Source of the DNA: Minisyncoccota bacterium
GTDB lineage: Bacteria; Patescibacteriota; Minisyncoccia; Phycocordibacterales; Phycocordibacteraceae
Direction of reading: 5' to 3'
Assembly (NCBI GenBank): GCA_023653145.1
Contig: JAMNXM010000001.1
Span: 1-43,463 of the forward strand
Length of the DNA stretch: 43,463 nt
This document shows positions 19,597-26,903 of the stretch, piece after piece. Below the pieces are notes generated by a model that was not told the DNA's origin, did no database searches, and was given only the letters and a program-made list of their open reading frames with translations. Position 1 is the first letter of the stretch; every line of letters starts with the position of its first letter. The position numbers and the translations under genes were made by a program.

Positions 19597-20575
19597 CACG
19601 AACGCGCAATTGCATAGCAACCTCTTCGACGCTGATGCGCTTTTGGCGCCGACCAGAGACGGCTTTGGGAAGGGGGTTGTTGAAGCGGGACAGAAAGACG
19701 AGCGCGTGGTTGTCTTGTGTGCGGACCTTGCCGAGTCGACACGTGCAGAGTGGTTTCAGAAAGAGTTTCCAAAGAGGTATGTCGAGATAGGTGTTGCCGA
19801 GCAAAACCTTGCTGCTGTTGCGAGTGGCTTTGCAAACTATGGCAAGATTCCGTTCATAACCTCCTACGCGGCATTTAATCCGGGACGCAATAACGAGCAA
19901 ATTCGCACCACCGCATCATTAGCAAACTTGCCAGTCAAAGTCTGCGGCATGCATGCAGGTGTGTCTGTAGGGCCTGACGGCGCTACGCACCAAGCGCTCG
20001 AAGACATCGGGCTCATGCGCATGCAGCCCAATATGGTGGTCATAGTACCGATGGATGCAGAAGAAGCACGAAAAGCCACCTACGCCGCCGCGTTTAATGG
20101 AAAGCCGACGTACCTTAGGTTTGGTCGTGAGAAATCACCCGTCCTCACCACTGCGGCAACACCGTTTGAAATCGGAAAAGGGTACACGCTCTGGGAGTCT
20201 GAGTCCCCACACGTTGCCATCATTGGCTGCGGTACACTTCTTTTCGAGGCGCTCAAAGCGGCGCGCGCACTTGAAGCGCAGGGGGTGCGTACTACAGTCA
20301 TTAATATGCACACGGTCAAACCTCTCGATACAGACTTGTTATACAGAACGGCGTCGGCAGTGCATGGCATCGTAACGGTTGAAGAGCACCAAGCCGCAGG
20401 CGGACTCGGGAGTGCGGTTGCAGAATTTCTGGCAGAGCATCGTCCGGTGCCGATGGAGATGGTTGCGGTTCGTGACCGCTTTGGTCAATCAGGCACAACG
20501 GTGGAGTTGTATCGAGAGTATGGGCTCGACCAGCAGGCAATAGAAGCCGCTGTACTGCGTGTAGCAAAGCGGTAA
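19589..20575 (+). CDS. Transketolase, C-terminal (pyrimidine-binding) subunit
   Basis: It has IGVAEQNLAAVASG, GPDGATHQALEDIG and VTVEEH..GGLGS. ATG 19589 overlaps the upstream stop by 8 nt. Confidence 0.88.
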   Translation: MLNTNAQLHSNLFDADALLAPTRDGFGKGVVEAGQKDERVVVLCADLAESTRAEWFQKEFPKRYVEIGVAEQNLAAVASGFANYGKIPFITSYAAFNPGRNNEQIRTTASLANLPVKVCGMHAGVSVGPDGATHQALEDIGLMRMQPNMVVIVPMDAEEARKATYAAAFNGKPTYLRFGREKSPVLTTAATPFEIGKGYTLWESESPHVAIIGCGTLLFEALKAARALEAQGVRTTVINMHTVKPLDTDLLYRTASAVHGIVTVEEHQAAGGLGSAVAEFLAEHRPVPMEMVAVRDRFGQSGTTVELYREYGLDQQAIEAAVLRVAKR

Positions 20576-20578
20576 CGT

Positions 20579-21247
20579 ATGCGAATCTATATTGTGCGCC
20601 ACGGTGTTACTGCCTTAAACCAAGGTAATGTACGTCAGTCTCGAGAAGGGTTTCTCTCGCCCGACGGGATTGAGCAAGCGCGCGCACTTGCAGAGAAACT
20701 CTCGGAACTTACCATCGACTCAATTTTTACCTCCCCGTATCCGCGCGCGCGACAAACGGCAGATATCATTTCCGCCAAGGTGAAGCAACTCTTGGTCCAA
20801 GAGTCCGAGTATCTGACTGAGGTGCGGTATCCCTCAGAAGTAGTGGGGAAGCCAAAGGATGATCCACGCTCGGTTCGTATTTTAGAGGAGGTGCATGCGC
20901 ACTTCGGAGAGCCAGGGTGGCGTTACTCAGACGAAGAAACATTTGAAGAGTTTGTTGAGCGTGCACGCGTGGTACTCGACTATATTGCAAAGACTGGGTT
21001 TCAAAATGTGGTTGTGGTGTCACACGAGCGTTTTATCCGCGTGTTGGTTGGATACATTCTCCTCGGTAAAGAGTTTACGCCGGACGTATTTAGAGTGGTG
21101 CGCAAAAATTTGTATGTTTCGAACACCGGTGTTTCTATCTGTGAGCAGTGGGGAGGTGAGCGGGGGCCCTGGCGTGTTATTACACTCAACGATCATTCGC
21201 ACATTACGGGGCTCTCTCACAAGGCGGTACTTCCTGACGCAGTATGA
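20579..21247 (+). CDS. Histidine phosphatase family protein (phosphoglycerate-mutase-like)
   Basis: It has an RHG motif at the N-terminus (IYIVRHGVTALN) and a second His context (VVVSHERFIRV). Confidence 0.75.
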   Translation: MRIYIVRHGVTALNQGNVRQSREGFLSPDGIEQARALAEKLSELTIDSIFTSPYPRARQTADIISAKVKQLLVQESEYLTEVRYPSEVVGKPKDDPRSVRILEEVHAHFGEPGWRYSDEETFEEFVERARVVLDYIAKTGFQNVVVVSHERFIRVLVGYILLGKEFTPDVFRVVRKNLYVSNTGVSICEQWGGERGPWRVITLNDHSHITGLSHKAVLPDAV

Positions 21248-21432
21248 AAGGCTCAAAAATAAACAGCTCTATCGCACTCATTCTGATAGTGCTCGTGTCA
21301 GCCGGGCTTTTTGCATGGATCGCCTATACGGAGGACGGTGCCGTTGCGGAGACCGTTGACGTAGGTACCGATGGTATACAAAAAGCTCGCGAGATCAAAG
21401 ACTTGCTCGAAGAGCGGCAGCCGTTTGAGTAA
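21244..21432 (+). CDS. Small single-pass membrane protein (62 aa), hypothetical
   Basis: It overlaps the upstream gene by ATGA and has a TM helix (SIALILIVLVSAGLFAWIAY). I recognise no homology. Confidence 0.4.
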   Translation: MKGSKINSSIALILIVLVSAGLFAWIAYTEDGAVAETVDVGTDGIQKAREIKDLLEERQPFE

Positions 21433-22407
21433 CTATGCTGGGTTCGTAGCTTGCGCGTCGAGTGCGGCGCGGGTCTGAAGACCGCGTTGTGCCCCGATGT
21501 CTTGGACGACGTGTGCTGCGTTAATCATGCCGCGGAGCATCGCATCTTTGAGAGGAGTGCCTGTTGCATAGTACACCGCAGTGGTTGAGGTAAATGCGTC
21601 ACCTGCGCCCGTTTTCTCAATAGGTGGTTTCTTGTCTTTGTACATGTCGAGGTGGATCACCGCACCGTTTTCGAGTGCGTATGCACCACGTACGTCGTCT
21701 GAAATGATGACCACTTTAGACCCAAGTGCTGAGAGTCCAGCAAGAAGTGTCGGCACATCGTCCTGAGTATTTGGAACACCAAGTATGCGCTGCGCTTCTT
21801 CTTTGTTCACTACAAGGAGGTTTGCGCGCACGTACAGGCGTCCAAGGCGCTCCGCGCCGAGTTTGATCTGGAACGTACCTGGCTGGAAGCAGAAAAAGAC
21901 ATTCGGGTGTTGCTCAAGGTAGGTAGCGACATCGTCGTGGTACGCCTCAGTCCCCCCTGCAATAGACGAGAAATAGATAATCTTGGGCTCGGGCAAGTCC
22001 ATAGGGAAGCGGTACTGGTAGACAAAGTGATTGATGAGGATGGTGCGGTCGTCATCGTACCAGAGAACATAGTGATAGTTAGTTGGCGCACCGTCATGTT
22101 GGGTGATATGAGACGTGTCTACATGCTCGGTTTTAAAATACTCAACTATCTTGTCGCCATTGAGGTCCTTACCAACGTTCGTCACAAACCCCGCGGAGAG
22201 CCCAAGGCGTGCAGCCGCAACTGCAGCGTTTGCTGCGTTCCCGACGCCGTAGAGAATCGTCGATGAGTCGAATGGCACCTTATCGCCAAAGCGGACGCAG
22301 AGTTCGCAATCCTCTTTCTCGCCCTTACAGACGACGCGTGCGTCTGAGAGTCTTATAAAGTCGTCAACAACCGTGTCTCCGATAGCAACAAAGTCTTGAT
22401 TAGTCAT
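21433..22407 (-). CDS. PfkB-family carbohydrate/nucleoside kinase
   Basis: It starts MTNQDFVAIGDTVVDDF and has the GAGDAF motif (TGAGDAFTSTTAV). I chose ATG 22407 because of the TATACT box 6 nt upstream. The track's longer 22632 start would overlap the divergent gene. Confidence 0.78.
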   Translation of the reverse strand: MTNQDFVAIGDTVVDDFIRLSDARVVCKGEKEDCELCVRFGDKVPFDSSTILYGVGNAANAAVAAARLGLSAGFVTNVGKDLNGDKIVEYFKTEHVDTSHITQHDGAPTNYHYVLWYDDDRTILINHFVYQYRFPMDLPEPKIIYFSSIAGGTEAYHDDVATYLEQHPNVFFCFQPGTFQIKLGAERLGRLYVRANLLVVNKEEAQRILGVPNTQDDVPTLLAGLSALGSKVVIISDDVRGAYALENGAVIHLDMYKDKKPPIEKTGAGDAFTSTTAVYYATGTPLKDAMLRGMINAAHVVQDIGAQRGLQTRAALDAQATNPA

Positions 22408-22439
22408 ACGGCTAGTATACCGTACGGTATGATACAGGT
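22408..22439. promoter_or_regulatory. 32-bp divergent control region: back-to-back -10 boxes flanking a perfect 14-bp palindrome (ATACCGTACGGTAT, 22417-22430)
   Basis: TATACT (minus strand, 22414-22419) lies 6 nt from ATG 22407. TATGAT (plus strand, 22428-22433) lies 6 nt from ATG 22440. I verified the palindrome by reverse complement. Confidence 0.55.
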
Positions 22440-24086
22440 ATGTCTCTACCAGAAGAACTAAAAAAAGTGGTGCGTGGTGAAGTTGATGACTCGCCAGAGG
22501 CGCGAGAGGCGGCAAGTCGTGACACGTCGCTCTACCGCGTGGTGCCAGAAGTGGTGGTGCGTCCCCTCGATACTCCCGATGTGCAAGCAGTGGTCCGCTA
22601 CGCGACTGAAGCAAAGAAAAAAGGAACCGCAATTTCTATAGTGGTGCGCTCGGCAGGTACCGATATGTCTGGAGGCCCCCTAGGCTCTTCCATCATCCTC
22701 GACATGACACGGCACTTTACCCGTATTATCGGCGTGGGAGATGGATACGCTGTTGTGGAGCCAGGGGTGTACTTCCGTGATTTTGATAAAGAAACTAAAA
22801 AGAAGAATCTTGAACTCCCCAGCTACACTGCAAGTCGTGAGATCTGTACGGTGGGAGGCATGGTCGCAAATAATAGCGGAGGCGAGAAGAATTTAAAGTT
22901 TGGGAAAACCGCGCGCTATGTAGAAGAACTTGATGTTGTTGGGTCAGACGGTCAGGTTCATACGTTTAAGAACCTCGAAGGCGATGCACTCGCCGCAAAG
23001 CTCAAGGAACCTGGGTTCGAGGGAGACCTGTATCGCGGCGTCTCAGAGATTTTGCAGAAACATAAAGCAGTGATTGCCGAGCATGCACCCAGTGTGGGCA
23101 AAAACTCTTCAGGCTATGCGCTCTGGGCGATAGGAGACGGGGTCACAAAACTCAATCTCGCTCGTCTTATGGTAGGGGCACAAGGAACGCTCGGAATTCA
23201 TACGCGTATCCGTTTCAAACTGGTACAACCAAAGCCGTATGCGGCGATGACGGTGGTGTTTCTCAAAGATCTTACCCAACTTGCCTCTGTTATTCAGCGC
23301 ACATTAATCCGCGAGCCAGATTCGTTTGAGTCATACGACGACAATACCTTTACGCTCGCGACCAAGTATTTCCCAGAACTTGCCCTTCAGATGAAACTTG
23401 GGCTCATAAAGCTTGGCATCTCGTTCCTGCCTGAAGTGTGGATGCTCCTTACCGGCGGTATTCCTAAGTTGGTGTTGATGGCAGAGTTTCGTGCCGATAC
23501 GCAAGAGGCAGCACTGCAGAAGGCGACACAGTTAGCGGCTGAGATTTCTGCGGAGCATCCAGCCATGAAGGTGCGTGTTGCACCGAGCGAGGCTGCTGCG
23601 CGCAAGTATTGGGTGATCCGCCGCGAAAGCTTTAATCTCTTGCGCAAGAAGGTACGCGGTAAGCGCACTGCGCCATTTATTGACGACTTCGTAGTACCTC
23701 CAACCAAACTCCCTGAGTTTCTCCCTAGGCTTGAGACTATCCTTGGGAAGTACGACCTCATGCACACCATTGCGGGGCACGTCGGCGACGGCAATTTCCA
23801 TATCATTCCGCTCATGGATCCAAACCGTCCTGATGGTCGCGAGATTATAGAGAAGATGGGTAAGGAGGTGTATGACTTAGTCCTCGAGTACCATGGGTCA
23901 ATCTCTGGGGAGCATAACGACGGGTATGTGCGCACCCCCTACGTCGAACAGATGTTTGGCTCGGAGATGTATGCGCTATTTAATCAGATCAAGAAGCTCT
24001 TCGACCCCTTGAACATCTTTAACCCCGGCAAGAAGGTAGGTAGTACCTACGCCGAGTCCGCTACGCACCTCGACCTTGGCAACTGA
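22440..24086 (+). CDS. FAD-binding oxidoreductase (GlcD / D-lactate dehydrogenase-like, PCMH-type FAD domain)
   Basis: It has an N-terminal FAD-binding domain (VVRSAGTDMSGGPLG, CTVGGMVANNSGGEKNLKFG) and a C-terminal FAD-oxidase_C-like region (GHVGDGNFH, SGEHNDG). Confidence 0.8.
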   Translation: MSLPEELKKVVRGEVDDSPEAREAASRDTSLYRVVPEVVVRPLDTPDVQAVVRYATEAKKKGTAISIVVRSAGTDMSGGPLGSSIILDMTRHFTRIIGVGDGYAVVEPGVYFRDFDKETKKKNLELPSYTASREICTVGGMVANNSGGEKNLKFGKTARYVEELDVVGSDGQVHTFKNLEGDALAAKLKEPGFEGDLYRGVSEILQKHKAVIAEHAPSVGKNSSGYALWAIGDGVTKLNLARLMVGAQGTLGIHTRIRFKLVQPKPYAAMTVVFLKDLTQLASVIQRTLIREPDSFESYDDNTFTLATKYFPELALQMKLGLIKLGISFLPEVWMLLTGGIPKLVLMAEFRADTQEAALQKATQLAAEISAEHPAMKVRVAPSEAAARKYWVIRRESFNLLRKKVRGKRTAPFIDDFVVPPTKLPEFLPRLETILGKYDLMHTIAGHVGDGNFHIIPLMDPNRPDGREIIEKMGKEVYDLVLEYHGSISGEHNDGYVRTPYVEQMFGSEMYALFNQIKKLFDPLNIFNPGKKVGSTYAESATHLDLGN

Positions 24087-24098
24087 GTGTAGTTCGGG

Positions 24099-24104
24099 TA
24101 TAGT
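24099..24104 (+). promoter_or_regulatory. -10 box TATAGT, 6 nt upstream of the L25 ATG 24111
   Basis: Read directly from the sequence. Confidence 0.45.
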
Positions 24105-24110
24105 AGGGCG

Positions 24111-24761
24111 ATGACTATGGATATCACCGCTACTAAGCGCTCTGTCTCGGGCAAAGGCCTCGAGGCCCTCCGCACGTCTGGCAAGATCCCAGCGGTGGTG
24201 TACGGCCCTAAGCAGGAGCCAGTTTCTATTACTCTTGACCGACGCGACTTCGAGAAGGTCTTTAAGGCAGCAGGCGAGTCGACGGTGGTGACCATTGCGC
24301 TCGATGGCACTCAGATCCCAGCCCTCATCCACGACGTAGACCATGACCCTGTCACCAACGTCGTCCGCCACGCAGACTTTTATGCGATCGTGAAGGGTCA
24401 AAAGGTTAAGGTACAAATCCCGCTTGAGTTCGTCGGTGATGCACCCGCAGCAAAGGCAGGGGCGAATATTGTTAAGACCATGTACGAAATAGAGGTTGAG
24501 GCTGACCCTATGAACTTGCCACACAACCTCGAGGTAGACTTGACCGTGCTTACTGAGGTTGGTGCACAAGTACTTGCAAGCGACATCAAACTTCCAGCAG
24601 GTGTGACACTTGAGACCGATGGTGAGGAAGTGGTTGCGCTTGCAACTCAGGCTAATGAGGAAGTCTTGGACGAGCCAGTAGCCGCAGTCGACATGACTCA
24701 GATCGGCACCTCAGTTGAGCGCGGTAAGAAGGAAGAGGAGGAGGGGGAGGCAGCTGCCTAA
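24111..24761 (+). CDS. rplY: 50S ribosomal protein L25 / general stress protein Ctc (long form)
   Basis: It has RTSGKIPAVVYG and DHDPVTNVVRHADF, two beta-barrel domains and an acidic tail. Confidence 0.85.
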   Translation: MTMDITATKRSVSGKGLEALRTSGKIPAVVYGPKQEPVSITLDRRDFEKVFKAAGESTVVTIALDGTQIPALIHDVDHDPVTNVVRHADFYAIVKGQKVKVQIPLEFVGDAPAAKAGANIVKTMYEIEVEADPMNLPHNLEVDLTVLTEVGAQVLASDIKLPAGVTLETDGEEVVALATQANEEVLDEPVAAVDMTQIGTSVERGKKEEEEGEAAA

Positions 24762-24775
24762 CCTCGCATTACGCT

Positions 24776-24784
24776 TGCTACAAT
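24776..24784 (+). promoter_or_regulatory. Extended -10 box TGCTACAAT, 6 nt upstream of ATG 24791
   Basis: Read directly from the sequence. Confidence 0.5.
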
Positions 24785-24790
24785 GGGACC

Positions 24791-26158
24791 ATGCGGTCCC
24801 TTTTTGTGTTCCTCGCTTTTTCTGTTGTCCTAAGTGCGAGTGCGCTGTTGACCCCGATTCATGCTGAGGCATTTTTGACTGACCAAGACCGGACACGACT
24901 TGAGGAAGAGTATCAGAAGATCCAGACAGAGATAGCCGAGTGGCAGAAAGTCTTGGATGAGACGCGGGCAAAAAAGAATACCCTCCAAGGTGACGTCACG
25001 TCTCTGAACGCCCTAATAAAGAAGGCTGAGGCAGAAATACGCCAGCGCGGCGTATCGATTTCAAAACTCTCCGATGAGATTAAACGGAAGACGGAACTCA
25101 TATCCTCCTACGAGGAGCGACTCGAGCGCGGGCGGGAGTCCTTGGCTGAGATGCTCCGTAAACAGCAAGAGGCAGATGAACGCTCGCTGGCTGAACTGGT
25201 ACTCTCTGCCGATACGTTCTCGACCCTTTATGGAGACATCGAACTCATTGCGGTGGTGCGGAGAGACTTACAACTTTTGTTCCATGAGGTACGTGAAATA
25301 AAAGAGTTGACCGAGGAGGAGAAGAAAAACCTTGCCGCGCGACGCGACCAGGAACTTGATGCAAAATACGACGTTGAGCAGAGTAGAAAACAGATTGCTC
25401 AAAACGAGGCAGAGAAAAAGAAACTTTTAAACATCACGAGAGACCAAGAGAAAACCTACTCGACGGTGCTTGCAGAGCGCCAGCGGAGAGCAGAGCAGAT
25501 ACGGAGCGCACTCTTTCCACTCCGCGACACTGAAGGTATATCGTTTAGTGTTGCGCTCGACGCCGCAAGTCGCGCAAGTCAGGCAACCGGGGTGCGTGCG
25601 TCTCTTATCCTCGCGATCCTCTCGCAAGAATCCGATTTGGGTAAAAATGTGGGTTCTTGCTATGTGACCGATCTCGAGTCGGGAGATGGGGCAGGGAAGA
25701 ACACAGGCACGGTATTCCAGCGTGTGATGAAATCGCCCCGAGACACGCAGCCGTTTGAGCGCATCACGAACGCCCTCGGACTTCCGTGGGCAGTGACTCC
25801 AGTGTCGTGCCCGTTGGGGAGGATCTATACGGCAAACCGTGGGTTCGGTGGAGCGATGGGCCCGTCCCAATTTATTCCTTCGACCTGGCAGTTGTATGAG
25901 GCTCGGCTTTCCGATAAGTTGGGCGTCCAGACAGCAAACCCATGGGACGCGCAGCACGCCATTATGGCGACGGCTCTCTACCTCGAGGACCTTGGTGCAG
26001 ATGGGGCAACGTACACAGCAGAGCGGAATGCCGCCTGCCGCTACTACTCGGGCCGCTCCTGCGACAATCGACGCCCGTCAAACTCGTTTTATGGAGATTC
26101 TGTGATAAAAAAAGCGGAATCGTTCCAAGAGAACATAGACTTTCTTAAGAACATTTAG
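24791..26158 (+). CDS. Secreted coiled-coil protein with a C-terminal lytic murein transglycosylase (MltB/SLT_2-like) domain
   Basis: It has a signal peptide (MRSLFVFLAFSVVLSASALLTPIHAEA) and about 230 aa of heptad-rich coiled coil. The C-terminal part contains LAILSQESDLG (catalytic Glu context) and GGAMGPSQFIPSTW...DAQHAIMATALYL. Confidence 0.75.
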   Translation: MRSLFVFLAFSVVLSASALLTPIHAEAFLTDQDRTRLEEEYQKIQTEIAEWQKVLDETRAKKNTLQGDVTSLNALIKKAEAEIRQRGVSISKLSDEIKRKTELISSYEERLERGRESLAEMLRKQQEADERSLAELVLSADTFSTLYGDIELIAVVRRDLQLLFHEVREIKELTEEEKKNLAARRDQELDAKYDVEQSRKQIAQNEAEKKKLLNITRDQEKTYSTVLAERQRRAEQIRSALFPLRDTEGISFSVALDAASRASQATGVRASLILAILSQESDLGKNVGSCYVTDLESGDGAGKNTGTVFQRVMKSPRDTQPFERITNALGLPWAVTPVSCPLGRIYTANRGFGGAMGPSQFIPSTWQLYEARLSDKLGVQTANPWDAQHAIMATALYLEDLGADGATYTAERNAACRYYSGRSCDNRRPSNSFYGDSVIKKAESFQENIDFLKNI

Positions 26159-26199
26159 ATACAGGAAGTGGGGAAAACGAAAGTCAGTCAATAGTACGG

Positions 26200-26208
26200 T
26201 GGTACTAT
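26200..26208 (+). promoter_or_regulatory. Extended -10 box TGGTACTAT, 9 nt upstream of ATG 26218 (candidate promoter of the giant-protein operon)
   Basis: Read directly from the sequence. Confidence 0.4.
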
Positions 26209-26217
26209 TCGCGTAGT

Positions 26218-26901
26218 ATGCCACCCACCACTGGTGCTCCTATTACTCCTACGTTAGGGCGCATGCCAAAACTCGGACCATCCGGAATGGATCGTCGGGG
26301 TCAGGCACTCCTCACGTTTATTACCCTCACCTTTACTGTAAGCGCGGTGTATGTTGCGTTCATTGCCGCATCCTTTGGAGATGCTCGAATTCTCGTTATG
26401 ACGGAAGACGGAGTTCGTACGATTGAAACCATTTCACTCGGGACAGGGGAGCGAACAGTTACCGCACGGGACACCGAGATCAACGCAAGCGTCTTCAATA
26501 CGTTCTACATGCAAGACGGTACTGCAATTACTGTCGATAGCCCTGGTATTGTTCGTAAAAATGGTACCGATGTAGAAAGCACCGTGGTGCTCGTTGCCTC
26601 TCCGGTCCCCGCAACAGACCAAACGCCGCTTGCAGTGTGGAACGACGCCGCGCGCATTGCGTGGGTCAGTCCATCCGACGGCTCACTCCAGGTGTTTGAG
26701 CGGAATGCACGTGGCGCATACGCCCCTCTGTTTATAGATCAGAATTTGTCAGTAGAGTCACTCCAGTTTGCTAAGGACGGGCAGTCGCTCGTTGTTTCAA
26801 TCGCGTACGGTGCCCAAAGCGAAGTTGCAGTTCTTTCTCTTGCAACCGGTGAACTTGAGCCGGTCGCTGCCATCCCAGGGTTTGTATCCGTTCTTCCATA
26901 A
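26218..26901 (+). CDS. Membrane-anchored PD40/TolB-like repeat protein, cassette copy 1
   Basis: It has an N-terminal TM helix (ALLTFITLTFTVSAVYVAFIAASF). Its C-terminal half aligns with ORF 29794-30714 (PLAVWNDAARIAWVSPSDGSLQVFE vs PFAVSLDGMRVAWAAPADKSLQVFE). The start is uncertain (26218, 26263 or 26287). Confidence 0.6.
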   Translation: MPPTTGAPITPTLGRMPKLGPSGMDRRGQALLTFITLTFTVSAVYVAFIAASFGDARILVMTEDGVRTIETISLGTGERTVTARDTEINASVFNTFYMQDGTAITVDSPGIVRKNGTDVESTVVLVASPVPATDQTPLAVWNDAARIAWVSPSDGSLQVFERNARGAYAPLFIDQNLSVESLQFAKDGQSLVVSIAYGAQSEVAVLSLATGELEPVAAIPGFVSVLP

Positions 26902-26903
26902 CT

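Noticed and set aside
21421-21500. A terminator between the convergent gap operon and the PfkB gene
   Set aside because: The two stop codons are directly adjacent (21430-21432 TAA and 21433-21435 CTA). The only nearby hairpin (CGGGTC-TGAA-GACCG, around 21467-21485) is imperfect, lies inside the kinase coding region and has no T tract.
22408-22632. A 75-codon N-terminal extension of the PfkB kinase ORF (track start at 22632)
   Set aside because: The extension is Pro/Leu/His-rich and low in complexity. It overlaps the divergent FAD-oxidase gene and has no kinase homology. The conserved kinase start MTNQDFVAIGD at 22407 has a -10 box 6 nt upstream.
23976-24569. A 197-aa minus-strand ORF overlapping the end of the FAD oxidase gene and the L25 gene
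   Set aside because: It is antisense to two genes with strong family signatures, has no recognisable motifs and has no promoter or start context. It is typical shadow-frame ORF noise.
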